The notes under the pieces were generated by a model. It was not told the DNA's origin. It searched no databases and was given only the letters and a program-made list of their open reading frames with translations. Positions 17,526 through 27,627 of a stretch of 64,000 nucleotides of DNA are shown piece by piece. Position numbers and translations under genes: made by a program. Source of the stretch: Nitrosopumilus sp. (lineage in GTDB: Archaea; Thermoproteota; Nitrososphaeria; Nitrososphaerales; Nitrosopumilaceae); the NCBI GenBank assembly GCA_965204345.1, contig OZ241981.1, positions 1,632,001 through 1,696,000 of the forward strand, in the 5' to 3' direction. Numbering within the stretch: the stretch's first letter is position 1; every line of letters starts with the position of its first letter.

Positions 17526-18494
17526 CTAGTTTGAATCTGTTTTAGTTATATGATATTTCTCAGTTTCTATCTTAAATAATTGATCATTGAAAATTATTTC
17601 AGCAGGGTTTTGAATTCGTATAGGTTCTCTTGGAGATAATCTAGATTTAACATCTACTTCTGAAATAAAATAAATCCAATATTTTTCTCCATACTTTTTC
17701 GCTTTTTCTAGCTCATTTGATGACCAATAGAAATCTAATTCTTTCTCAGCTGAACCTTTTACTTCGATATAAATTTCATTTATGTTTCCATTGTGTTCTG
17801 AAAATGATTCTATGTCATAACCCGCATTTACAAATTCTTCACTAATTCTTTTTACTTCTTCTGATTCTTTTATGTGACCTTCTTTTTTGAGCCTATTTAT
17901 CTCAAATTCCAAAACAATTTCTTCTGCAATTTCTCCTATAATTTTCCAATTTTGTAGTTGAATTTCAAGTTGTTTTAATGTCATTTTCTTTTGAGATTTA
18001 CTAAATATGCTAGCATGTTTTGGGTTAATCACAACTTTGATGTGTTTCTTAAGAAGAATTTCTAATTCATACAAAAGTGGCAGTATTTCGGGATTTTCAA
18101 ATCTGCCGTAAATTTCTTCTTTTGGACAGCATTTATTTTGATTTTCATCCGTATCAAATTTAGAAAATGTATTTCTTATTTTCTCTCCTAATTCTGTTTG
18201 AATTAGAGATTCTTTGATAAAAATCTCTTTGAATTCTTCACTGATCTTGTTTTCTTTATGACATTCTAAAATTTTTTCTCCAAGTTCAGTCAAAAAAATC
18301 TCATCAGTTTCAATTTTCAATAATTTTAATTCGTTGCATATCTTTTCAACTTCTTCATAATTAGGTAATCTAGCTTGTTTAACGGGCTCATCATTATAGG
18401 TTTGTTGGACATAGATCCGTGAAGCAAATTTTTCTTTTTCATATAATTTAATTAAATGTAAAAGTTTAGGAATATCATTAAGAGTTAGTGCCAA
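17526..18494 (-). CDS. DUF3883 (NOV C-terminal) PD-(D/E)XK nuclease-domain protein
   Basis: GEIAEEIV..E, GYDIESF, YIEVKG, SSNELEKA...YWIYFI. Confidence 0.85.
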   Translation of the reverse strand: MALTLNDIPKLLHLIKLYEKEKFASRIYVQQTYNDEPVKQARLPNYEEVEKICNELKLLKIETDEIFLTELGEKILECHKENKISEEFKEIFIKESLIQTELGEKIRNTFSKFDTDENQNKCCPKEEIYGRFENPEILPLLYELEILLKKHIKVVINPKHASIFSKSQKKMTLKQLEIQLQNWKIIGEIAEEIVLEFEINRLKKEGHIKESEEVKRISEEFVNAGYDIESFSEHNGNINEIYIEVKGSAEKELDFYWSSNELEKAKKYGEKYWIYFISEVDVKSRLSPREPIRIQNPAEIIFNDQLFKIETEKYHITKTDSN

Positions 18495-18500
18495 TTATTT

Positions 18501-20450
18501 TCAGTATCTGCTTCGTAAATGTTCTATGACTGCTTGATAATCTTTGTTAAATTCTGTATCATCGATATGTTCAGGTTCTGGATTAATATCAATAGATTCT
18601 AGCATGTCGTCATTTAATGCATGAAGCATGTCTTTCCATTTTTCATTTAATCTTCTATTAATTACCTCATCTATTGTATTTTCTGCTGTTATGATATGAT
18701 ATTCAACATTTATTTTTTTATCCATTCCTATTCTATGGATTCTGTCCATTGATTGCATGTATTGTGCTCCGTTGAAATTTCTATCAAGATAAATTGCATG
18801 ATTACAAACATTTTCTTTTTTTGAATTTTTGTGTAAAGAAACTGATTCACCAAGTGATGCTGCAGATGTAATTAATATTCTAGGCTCTGTACTGTTTTTG
18901 AATTCAGTTATCAATTCATCTCTATTTTCAGGTTCACTGAGTTCTCTTGGTGTCTTTCCATTGATCACAATAGGTTTTAGATCTGATAATAGATTATTTT
19001 TGAAAATATCCATGTTATGAATAAATGAATTCCAAATGATTACTTTGTGTTCTTTCTCTACAAATTCTCTTGCTAATTGTGCTGCTTTCACCATCTTTGA
19101 AGGTATTTCAAATTCAGAATAATGGGCAATTTTATCAATTATTGAATTTTCTACTCCTGGTAACTTGATTTTACTAGGTGGTAATCCAAACTCTTCTGCA
19201 AATGTTTTACTGTTTACATCAAAATCCGAAGACATTTCATGTAGTAAACTTGGATTAGATGCTGTTTGCAATAATCTCATTAATCTTGCAATTCTAAATT
19301 TTTGTAATTTTCCCTGCTCTTGAATTGTTGTTTCTTCTATTTCTTTGAGAGTTTTTGCAGCAATAGCATCATAGATTTCCTGCTGTCTGGTGTTTAGCAC
19401 AACTTCGTGAAGTATCCATTTTGGTTTTGGTAAATCAAGATCATCCTTTTTAATTCTACAAAAAAGATTATCCAAAGTTGATTTGTGTTTTCCTATCCCT
19501 CGTTTGTTAACATAGTTGTTGTATATGATTTGATTTCCTAAAGGTTCATCACTTGGCCACAAAAATGTAATTTGTGTCCATAAATCCTTGGCATTATTTG
19601 GCATGGGAGTTCCTGATAGAATAATTCTTCGTTTTGCTCTTGGTGCAATATTGATTGCAGTTGATGCCCATTTTTTCAATTTTGGACTTTTGATATAGTG
19701 AGATTCATCTATAATTAGAACTGTTTTATATTTTTTCATAAATTCTTGTAATTCCCATTGATGATTCATTGCACTGTTAAAGTGCATTAAAAAAAGATCA
19801 TACGAATCACCTAATTTGTGAAATTCTTTTGCAAATTCTCCACTAATTCTAAGTGATCTGGGTCTCTTACCAAAGCATTCTTCATATTCTTCTTCCCATG
19901 GAAGAAATGATGCTGTGGGGCCAATGACAAAAATTTTCTCTACAATTCTATCTTCTAACCATCTTGATATTGCTGCATACGTAATTGTTGTTTTTCCACT
20001 ACCTGGAACTGAAAAATTTGCAGCATTTCCAAGTGTCATCATGTGCTCTACTGATTCTTTTTGATAATCTTTTAACTCTCTTTGAAAATTTTTTGAAATG
20101 TTTGGATTGTGTTCTTTCTTATTTTTGATCTCTTCTCCATTTTTGATTGCATTTTTATAAAAATCTACATCATTTTGAATTTCTTCTATTGATCTCTTAA
20201 CTGACCCACAAACATCAACATTTTCTTCTCCAAAATCTCTTAGAAATTTATCTACGGTCCATTTAATTCTCTTGTTAAACTGTACCATATCTTTATTTTT
20301 GTAAGTGTATAGGTGTTTTGATTTTTCTCCAAATCCCGATTCTTTTAAAAAATCATCAATACTCCAATCTTTATCAAAATCGTTAGTAGGTTCAAAATTT
20401 ACGACTATATTTTGTTGTTCATCAATACATATTTTGTGCAATTTCATCAA
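18501..20450 (-). CDS. SNF2/SWI2-family ATPase
   Basis: LKDYQ, PGSGKT, IIDESHYIK, LSGTPMPNNAKDLW, QSMDRIHRIG. Confidence 0.92.
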   Translation of the reverse strand: MMKLHKICIDEQQNIVVNFEPTNDFDKDWSIDDFLKESGFGEKSKHLYTYKNKDMVQFNKRIKWTVDKFLRDFGEENVDVCGSVKRSIEEIQNDVDFYKNAIKNGEEIKNKKEHNPNISKNFQRELKDYQKESVEHMMTLGNAANFSVPGSGKTTITYAAISRWLEDRIVEKIFVIGPTASFLPWEEEYEECFGKRPRSLRISGEFAKEFHKLGDSYDLFLMHFNSAMNHQWELQEFMKKYKTVLIIDESHYIKSPKLKKWASTAINIAPRAKRRIILSGTPMPNNAKDLWTQITFLWPSDEPLGNQIIYNNYVNKRGIGKHKSTLDNLFCRIKKDDLDLPKPKWILHEVVLNTRQQEIYDAIAAKTLKEIEETTIQEQGKLQKFRIARLMRLLQTASNPSLLHEMSSDFDVNSKTFAEEFGLPPSKIKLPGVENSIIDKIAHYSEFEIPSKMVKAAQLAREFVEKEHKVIIWNSFIHNMDIFKNNLLSDLKPIVINGKTPRELSEPENRDELITEFKNSTEPRILITSAASLGESVSLHKNSKKENVCNHAIYLDRNFNGAQYMQSMDRIHRIGMDKKINVEYHIITAENTIDEVINRRLNEKWKDMLHALNDDMLESIDINPEPEHIDDTEFNKDYQAVIEHLRSRY

Positions 20451-21646
20451 CTACTGTATTTTTTCTTTAATTCTTCTGAATATCTTAAAATTTTTTCAAT
20501 TAGTGAAATTGCTTTTGGAGATGATAATTCATTCCCTTGATAATCTAATAATGGCCTTAGGTTTTTCTCAGCCCTGCTTAATAACAAAAATTCCTTTCCT
20601 TCGTTATTACTTACATCTAAAACATCTGCAGCATTAACAAAATGAATATAAGTTGGAGTCATTTCTCCCTTATTTTCTTCAATTATTTCTTCAGAGTTTT
20701 TTTCTTGAGGTGCAGTTGGTTTTAATTCACTTCCTGCTGCTTCAATTTCTATAATTGCATCTGTAAGATCTTTTTCAATTATTTGTCTGATCTTCCTTAA
20801 TTCTAAGTGTTGTATTCCTTCTTTGATTAATTGAAATGCTGTTTTTTTAATTTTTATAATTTTTTCTGGTTCGTAATCTCTATTTTTACATTCTTTAATG
20901 ATATTTTGAAGATTGATAAAATGTTCTACTTTATTTTTTACTTGAGAATATTTTTCTGGAATCCCAACGAATGTTAAATATTGATCAATTAGTTCTAACC
21001 TGTTTAGTTTTTCTTTAATTTCCTCTTCCTTGTCATATCCATAAAGTGTATTGACAATAGCTTTTTCTGATAATCCAGCTTCTTTCCCTTCTCTAAGTTT
21101 TAAAAGATCGTTAATAGGGCCATATCTTACAATCTCATCTTTTCCTAATTGTATTCCCGCCTCTAATGTCCAAAGATCTTCAGGCGATATTGATTCTTCC
21201 AAACGAGCAACTTCTAGATATTTCCATTCATCTAATCCTGTATCTTCATAAAGTTTAGAAATGATAGACATTCTTCTATTTCCGTCAATTACATATCCGT
21301 CTTCTGTAATTACTCCACAATTCCATTGCCCACGTACTTTAAGATCTTTATATGTTCTTTTTGTCTCAGTTGGTTCTAAATTTAATAACATCTCTTTAAT
21401 TTTTTTTGAATCCTCACTTATTTCGGGTCGCAGATGTCCTCCTTCTCTTTTAACTAGTTCCTTATACTCTGCTGCAAATCTTCCATTTCTAATATTATAA
21501 AATAATAAATCTGTGGGTAATCGATATACTGTAAGCACTTTTTTCTTTCCTTGTAGTGAAATTGGAAATCCATCCTTGAGTTGACATTCTGAGTGATCTG
21601 AAATGTATTTGTCAATTCTGATCTTACTGTCTGTATTTAAGCTCAT
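20447..21646 (-). CDS. ParB/Srx-like domain protein, paralog 2
   Basis: GVITEDGYVIDGNRR arginine patch; stop overlaps the SNF2 start. Confidence 0.75.
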   Translation of the reverse strand: MSLNTDSKIRIDKYISDHSECQLKDGFPISLQGKKKVLTVYRLPTDLLFYNIRNGRFAAEYKELVKREGGHLRPEISEDSKKIKEMLLNLEPTETKRTYKDLKVRGQWNCGVITEDGYVIDGNRRMSIISKLYEDTGLDEWKYLEVARLEESISPEDLWTLEAGIQLGKDEIVRYGPINDLLKLREGKEAGLSEKAIVNTLYGYDKEEEIKEKLNRLELIDQYLTFVGIPEKYSQVKNKVEHFINLQNIIKECKNRDYEPEKIIKIKKTAFQLIKEGIQHLELRKIRQIIEKDLTDAIIEIEAAGSELKPTAPQEKNSEEIIEENKGEMTPTYIHFVNAADVLDVSNNEGKEFLLLSRAEKNLRPLLDYQGNELSSPKAISLIEKILRYSEELKKKYSS

Positions 21647-21692
21647 ATTATCATATCCTTGAATTTTGTATAGATAGTATTTTTAACATCCA

Positions 21693-22871
21693 TTATTTTT
21701 TTAATCTCTTAATTACTGCTTCAATATCTAAAATCAATTGATATATTTCAGATTTTTTCAATATGCTTGAATCAAAATCAATACTTTCTAGATTTGTTAA
21801 TGCACGTTTGAGTAATTTTTCTGGCTGTTGGGATTCTGACAATGCCTTTGCGGCATCTAGACAATTATTGAAAATTGTTCTTGCTGGAGTAAATTCATCA
21901 TTCATGTCTGCTTGAATTTTTCTCTCTCTCTTTTTGTTAGCTTCTTCTGGTTTACTATACTCTGTGGCTTGCCAGAATTCTTTTCTTGATTTTTCATTTG
22001 CCAGAATTTCTTTGATTTTCCTAATTTCTCTTTGAGGTACACCATCATGAATCAATTGAAATCCTATTTTTTTTGCACTTGTAACTTCATCCGGATTTAC
22101 TCCACTTTTTCTAAAATTATTCAGAACGTTTCGTAAATCGATAAAATGTTCATGTATTCCTTTTGCTCTGTTGAATACGCCTGGTTCTCCAATATAACTT
22201 AGATATTCGCTGATAAGGCTTAATTGTTCCATCTTATCCACGATGTCTTTTTCTTTAAATCCTCCATAGAGCGAATTTGCTATTTCAATGGGTGTTAATT
22301 CCGCATCAATTCCTTCTTTGAATTTTAATAATTCATTAATTGGTCCATACTCTACCTGAACATTTTTTGATAATTGTATTCCTGCTTCTAGCTTCCACAA
22401 ATCTTGTGATGACACATTTGGTGGAAGCCTTGCAACTTCAATAAACTTAAATTCTGAATGTCCTAATGAACATAATTCTTCAAGTACAGAACGTCTTCTA
22501 TTCCCATTGATGACAAATCCATCCCAAGTAATTATTCCAGGATCTTTTTGTCCAAACTGTTGAAGATCTTTTTCTAAAATTCTACTTTGTTTAGGATCTA
22601 ATTCAAGCAATAATGATTGAATATCTTTTGAATCTTCTTCATTTTTAGGATCTAACTCCCTTCCTTTCTTTTCTACTAAATCTATATACTCTGCTGCAAA
22701 TCTCCCATTCTTGATATTATAGAATGTGTGATCTAAAGGTAAACGCCATGTTTGCAAATCCATTCGTTTACCTTGTAATGTTACTGTGATTGTTCTTGGT
22801 ACTTTACAATCTGGATTGTTTTGTATATACTCATTAATTTTTATCGCATCTGCTGCATTCTCATTATTCAT
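21693..22871 (-). CDS. ParB/Srx-like domain protein, paralog 1
   Basis: GQKDPGIITWDGFVINGNRRR; homologous along its length to 20447-21646; start placed at ATG 22871. Confidence 0.75.
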   Translation of the reverse strand: MNNENAADAIKINEYIQNNPDCKVPRTITVTLQGKRMDLQTWRLPLDHTFYNIKNGRFAAEYIDLVEKKGRELDPKNEEDSKDIQSLLLELDPKQSRILEKDLQQFGQKDPGIITWDGFVINGNRRRSVLEELCSLGHSEFKFIEVARLPPNVSSQDLWKLEAGIQLSKNVQVEYGPINELLKFKEGIDAELTPIEIANSLYGGFKEKDIVDKMEQLSLISEYLSYIGEPGVFNRAKGIHEHFIDLRNVLNNFRKSGVNPDEVTSAKKIGFQLIHDGVPQREIRKIKEILANEKSRKEFWQATEYSKPEEANKKRERKIQADMNDEFTPARTIFNNCLDAAKALSESQQPEKLLKRALTNLESIDFDSSILKKSEIYQLILDIEAVIKRLKK

Positions 22872-22930
22872 AGAATAGTGTTTTTTGATGGAAATAAAAC
22901 ATTTTGCATGATGATTATCGTTGCCCCTGA

Positions 22931-25099
22931 TTATCTGCATTTTTTACATCTTGATTGTCTACGTAATGAAAATCTGTCTTCTTTACTCATTTGCCTAAAT
23001 CCAAATCTCTCTTCAACTTCTTTGAGGTTATGTGCAATGTCTCCACAATGTGGACATTTGGCTTCAGTGGATTCATCAGTACTTGAGTATCTTAATCTGT
23101 TTAGAAATAAATCCATTCTTCGTTCGATCTTTCTCAAATGTTTTTTTATGTTAATTTTGGATGATTTCTTATCCGACGTTAAAATTTCTTTGACAACTTC
23201 ATTCAATGTAAAAATTAAATGATCACATAATCCATTTGATCTGCTTTTTTGATTCCATTCAAAACAAGTACATGAAAACAAATCTTCTGTGGAATATCTC
23301 AATGATGATTTATCAAGATGTTTTACAAAATTAATTTCTGTTTTGAATCCTTCTTCAAAAATGCATTCAATGTATTTATCTGGGAAGATTCTAATCTCTG
23401 GTATTTTTTTTAACCGTGATGAAATAAATAGTTCATCTGAAATTATTTTTCTAAATATTTCTATTTTTGAAATCTGATGTAGTTTTCCTAAAAATTGAAA
23501 ATACATGTTTGAATAATCAATGAATTTTTTTGTACTAACAGGCAATGTTAATTCTTCAAGTGCTCCTATGTATTGGGTTTTTTCTTCCATATTTGGAAAT
23601 AAAATAATATCTGCTCTACCTGATTCGTAGTTTATTGATTTAATTTTTACAATGCTTCCGCGATTGTCTCCTTGTCGTACAACTGCAACTGCTCCTCTTC
23701 TTGATGGGATTATGGGAGTAATTTTACACCACTCTTCTAATTCTTTTTTAGAAATTATCTGAATTGTTTTATTTTTTTTTAATATTTTTTTTACAATTTT
23801 TTCAGGTTCTACAAATGAAATAACGAAGCCTTGTTCATTACGTTTTCTTTCTTTTAATTTTAAAATCAAGTCTGAAATTTTACCAACTGTAATTTTTTCA
23901 TTTATGAATACTTTGATGTAAATGATGTTTGATTTTATTTCCAGATTTAAATTTTGGATAACTTTTTGTTGTTCTTTTGTAAATTCATAGTTGGATAAAT
24001 CAACTGCAAAATCAAATTGGTCTAGGTCATTAGGAGGATGACTCATCATGTTTGAATTAGTCAAAATCATGCCTGCAATTCTGGTTACTTGGTCATCCTG
24101 ATCTTCAAAATCTCCTTTTTCAAGTTCAACTAATTCTGCAATGAACTTATCTGAGGTCATTTTTCTTCCAAAAAATTTTCTATTTTTCTTCCAAGACAAT
24201 GTGCTATCTTCATTCATTTTTTTATAATTTTCAAAAGTAAAAAATTGATCAAAAAATGGCTTGGACTTCCAATATCCATCTTTTCTAATAACTTGATTTT
24301 GGTTAATGAAATCTTGTAATGTCATTACAATCAATGGATTGGGAATTTGTGCAATTATTGGAAGTTTTTCTTTAAGTGAGATGATTAATTCTTGATATGT
24401 AACTCCTTCCATTCTATTTTGGATTATGTTAAAAATGTATTCTTTAAAAAATAATTGATGTTTTTCTAGCCTAATGTCTCCATGTTCATTAGTTTCTAAG
24501 AAAAAATTATTTTTCAAATCAATTATGATTTTATCTATCATTTCATTGATTTTTTCATTACTAATTGTAGAAAGGGACACATGCGGTGTTAAAATCAAAT
24601 GTTCAAAATCTTGAATTATTTGTGGTATTGATTGAGAAATTTTCTCTTTGTTTGTAAAATCTTGTTCATTTAAAAATAATTGTATTATTATTATTGCTCT
24701 TAATACATTATAACTTATTTTATTTTTGATTAGTTGCTGATGTTTTGACAATACTTGCTGCAAAAATTCATAACGTTTTGTTAATCTTTTATCTTCCAGA
24801 TTGATTCTTCGTGACTCTGCATTTTTACCGATTACTCTTCTTTTTATATTTAATTTTAAAATCTGCAAAAGTTTGTAATAATCAGTAAATCCAAAAAGAT
24901 GAAATTTCTCTATAAGATCTTTAGAATATTTTCCATTCACATACATTTCCAAAAATTCTAATAAATCTACAAATGGAAACTGTTCGTCTATTTTTTGGAG
25001 AGTGCCTTTGAATTCGTTATGATGAATATCTTGTTTTAGATCATCAATTAGAGTTTGCAATTTTTTAACAAATGGATCTACTGGTTCCTGAAATGCCAT
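22931..25099 (-). CDS. Large multidomain protein with SWIM Zn finger and C-terminal C4 Zn finger
   Basis: CTC...CDH (SWIM-like), CPHC...FGFR...CKKC; central REase-like and KOW-like segments are tentative. Confidence 0.7.
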   Translation of the reverse strand: MAFQEPVDPFVKKLQTLIDDLKQDIHHNEFKGTLQKIDEQFPFVDLLEFLEMYVNGKYSKDLIEKFHLFGFTDYYKLLQILKLNIKRRVIGKNAESRRINLEDKRLTKRYEFLQQVLSKHQQLIKNKISYNVLRAIIIIQLFLNEQDFTNKEKISQSIPQIIQDFEHLILTPHVSLSTISNEKINEMIDKIIIDLKNNFFLETNEHGDIRLEKHQLFFKEYIFNIIQNRMEGVTYQELIISLKEKLPIIAQIPNPLIVMTLQDFINQNQVIRKDGYWKSKPFFDQFFTFENYKKMNEDSTLSWKKNRKFFGRKMTSDKFIAELVELEKGDFEDQDDQVTRIAGMILTNSNMMSHPPNDLDQFDFAVDLSNYEFTKEQQKVIQNLNLEIKSNIIYIKVFINEKITVGKISDLILKLKERKRNEQGFVISFVEPEKIVKKILKKNKTIQIISKKELEEWCKITPIIPSRRGAVAVVRQGDNRGSIVKIKSINYESGRADIILFPNMEEKTQYIGALEELTLPVSTKKFIDYSNMYFQFLGKLHQISKIEIFRKIISDELFISSRLKKIPEIRIFPDKYIECIFEEGFKTEINFVKHLDKSSLRYSTEDLFSCTCFEWNQKSRSNGLCDHLIFTLNEVVKEILTSDKKSSKINIKKHLRKIERRMDLFLNRLRYSSTDESTEAKCPHCGDIAHNLKEVEERFGFRQMSKEDRFSLRRQSRCKKCR

Positions 25100-25249
25100 A
25101 TTGTTCTAATAATACTTTCATAGATAAGTGTCAATTGGTCACAAAAAATAAGATTTGCATTTTTTCAGGATGACGTGTTATTGAATGTTCCATTCATTAG
25201 GAACCGTCGATTAATAACACATTAAATACACTATCTGACTAGTCTATCC

Positions 25250-25759
25250 ATGTTTGGCAAGAAACCCACATTAAAAGAGGGAACTCACATCTTCTCAGTT
25301 AAAAAAAACGGCGAGTTCAATGACTTTATCTTTGGCGTAGTTACCGGTGTAGACGGACAAAAAGTAGGCGTCAACGGGGTAATTGTAAATCCTGTTGGAC
25401 TGAAAAACAAGATTGCCCAAGGAAAAACAGGCCAGCGCTCCAGAGAAATCTTAGAATACCCAAATCCTGACAATGTGGTCCTGGCTTTGGTGTACAGAGT
25501 TGAGCATGAAAATTACGCTGACGTGCTGGATCTTGACGTTGACAAGTGTGATATTCTTCCTCCAAAAATCTATGCAATGCTTGATGGCTGGATTAGAGAG
25601 TCGCTGCCAGAGTTCTTTAATACTGTCTTGTCCCTGCCGGAGGGTTCTGAGAGAGACGAGGCAAAACGAATCCTAAGAAACAGAAAGGACACCCTGTCTG
25701 ATCCGCATCTCAGACGGACAGTATATGCTGTTTGTAGAAGTCTGAAGATCCTCAACTAA
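25250..25759 (+). CDS. Hypothetical protein
   Basis: 169-aa ORF with host-like composition and a TATA-like element upstream. Confidence 0.75.
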   Translation: MFGKKPTLKEGTHIFSVKKNGEFNDFIFGVVTGVDGQKVGVNGVIVNPVGLKNKIAQGKTGQRSREILEYPNPDNVVLALVYRVEHENYADVLDLDVDKCDILPPKIYAMLDGWIRESLPEFFNTVLSLPEGSERDEAKRILRNRKDTLSDPHLRRTVYAVCRSLKILN

Positions 25760-25824
25760 ACTTTTGAATTTTGGGCGTGGGTTCTCCATAGTTTTATATT
25801 ATGCCCCAAGAAAATCTCGATACA

Positions 25825-26136
25825 ATGGAATATGTTTACGCTGCTTTGCTTCTTCACAAACTAGAAAAGGAGATTAACGAGACAAATCTCAGCTCAGTTG
25901 TAAAGGCATCCGGAGCTGAAGTTAATGAAGCCCAAGTTAAATCACTGGTTGCAGCCCTGGCCGATGTCAACATCGATGAGGCAGTCAAAGCCGCACCTGT
26001 AGCAGTTGCACCCGCAGCAGCAGCCGCACCAGATGCAGCAGCAGCAAGTGGTGGTGAAGAAAAGAAGGAAGAAAAGAAGGAAGAACCCAAAAACGAAGAA
26101 GCAGCCATGGAAGGACTGTCTTCATTATTTGGCTAA
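25825..26136 (+). CDS. rpl12: 50S ribosomal stalk protein P1 (archaeal L12)
   Basis: [11 protein letters not shown] start, Ala-rich hinge, acidic tail ending GLSSLFG. Confidence 0.96.
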   Translation: MEYVYAALLLHKLEKEINETNLSSVVKASGAEVNEAQVKSLVAALADVNIDEAVKAAPVAVAPAAAAAPDAAAASGGEEKKEEKKEEPKNEEAAMEGLSSLFG

Positions 26137-26199
26137 GCGACCTTACTTTTTTCAGTTTAATTTTGATTTTTATTTTTGTTAATCCTAATTACTTTCAAC

Positions 26200-26762
26200 T
26201 CTGCTGATTGGTCGATTTTACTACTTTTCCAATAGGTGATTTTATCAGCATTCTGGATTATTTGTAAACGATGGCATTTGCAGTTACTGGAGCATCCAGT
26301 GGTTGCACACAAGGCTGATATTTTTGGAATTGTTGTCTTTGCGACCAGAGATGCAGGCAGGACTCGGGAGATACTGTCTTTGGATGACTCTCTGCTGCAT
26401 TTTCAGATTCCGTCTATGCCAGTATTGCCGCAGTTGTTGGGGTTGCTGTTTGGAGAGGTGTTACTGCCATTGGTCAAGGAATCCTGAGCATTGGCAACAC
26501 AAACATTGGCACTGCAAACCGTGGGTGGTTACTGCCATTGGCAGAGGAATTCTAAGGGATGCCTGTTGGAGAAATCCCCAGTCTTTGTTAAAAAAGTCTA
26601 TTGCTGTTGCAGGCATGATTGGAATTGTAATTTTTTTTTACTTTGTCATCTCATTTGGAGTCAATGTGGGGGATGCATCTGTCATTGCAATTGCTGCGAC
26701 TATCAGAACACATCTAGTTGCAATCAAACGCAGCTGACATCTTTCTAAGGTTAGGGAAACTT
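26200..26762 (+). pseudogene. TRIC-family (UPF0126) membrane protein pseudogene
   Basis: Fragments ILDYL*TMAFAVTGA, HKADIFGIVVFAT, AFSDSVYASIAAVVG, VTAIGRGILRD split over three frames. Confidence 0.7.
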
Positions 26763-27627
26763 AGGCCGGAGTGTAATCCTTTGCCTGACTGGCAACTGAT
26801 TTTGCCTGCGAGTCTGCCTTTTGCAATATCTGCTCCTTTGTTTCATCTGTCATGAATCCTGATTCTACGGATACAGAGCGTGCAGACTGTGCTGCCTTGC
26901 CAAGAATCTGTGAAATATTATCTGCTGTGACATATGCTGCCTCAATAGACAGTGAGACTGCCTCTTGGTGTGCCTGAACGAATTCCCCTCTGACTTTCTC
27001 AACATCAATTATCATCTCTTCCTCTGCATAGGTGAGCCCTTCCTCTAATGCCAGATAAAGTGAAATGCCTGCCTCCACCGGCTTGATATCTAATTTGCCT
27101 AAAATTGATGCCAATTTCTCATTGATTGCATCCCCTTTCATTACTGGTGTACTGTCTTTTGCAATCCAGATTGTTCCCTGATCAATTTTGGTAGGAATTC
27201 CTGCCTCCTTGAATTCCGTAAGCATTGGTCCTGGTGCAATGCCCGTATTCTTGGCTGGAACCACAATGTCCATGCTTGCAATATCTCCGCCTCTTGCAGC
27301 CATCATGACTTTGTTTTTGGCAAGAAGCACGTTTAGCTTGAATGGTGACATGTTCGTAAACAGGAACATGCACTGGCCTGTTAGCTTGTCTGCAATCTCT
27401 TTAATGCCTGAGACGTCAAGTTCAGACAGTGCCTTTCTTGCAACCTTGTCCTTGATGCTGAAAAACTCTACATCCTCCTGAAGTGTCTTTCTTAAAGGAA
27501 GAATTTGCGTAGAGCGTACCTTGTTCATCCTGATTACAGCTAAAACCTTGTATTTTTTTGGCAGCTCCTGCAGCTGCTGATACATCTGGACTTTTCTTTT
27601 AGGGTATGTGGTCCTGTTCTCATGCAT
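26761..27627 (-). CDS. rpl10: 50S ribosomal protein L10 (P0)
   Basis: TGIAPGPMLTEFK, GIPTKI, LGKLDIKP. Confidence 0.95.
   Translation of the reverse strand: MHENRTTYPKRKVQMYQQLQELPKKYKVLAVIRMNKVRSTQILPLRKTLQEDVEFFSIKDKVARKALSELDVSGIKEIADKLTGQCMFLFTNMSPFKLNVLLAKNKVMMAARGGDIASMDIVVPAKNTGIAPGPMLTEFKEAGIPTKIDQGTIWIAKDSTPVMKGDAINEKLASILGKLDIKPVEAGISLYLALEEGLTYAEEEMIIDVEKVRGEFVQAHQEAVSLSIEAAYVTADNISQILGKAAQSARSVSVESGFMTDETKEQILQKADSQAKSVASQAKDYTPA

Noticed and set aside
12480-25250. att sites or integrase for the defence island
   Set aside because: No flanking direct repeats or recombinase gene found by eye; boundaries rest on composition and gene content only.
26236-26748. Three overlapping plus-strand ORFs as separate genes
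   Set aside because: They are pieces of one frameshifted TRIC-family pseudogene.
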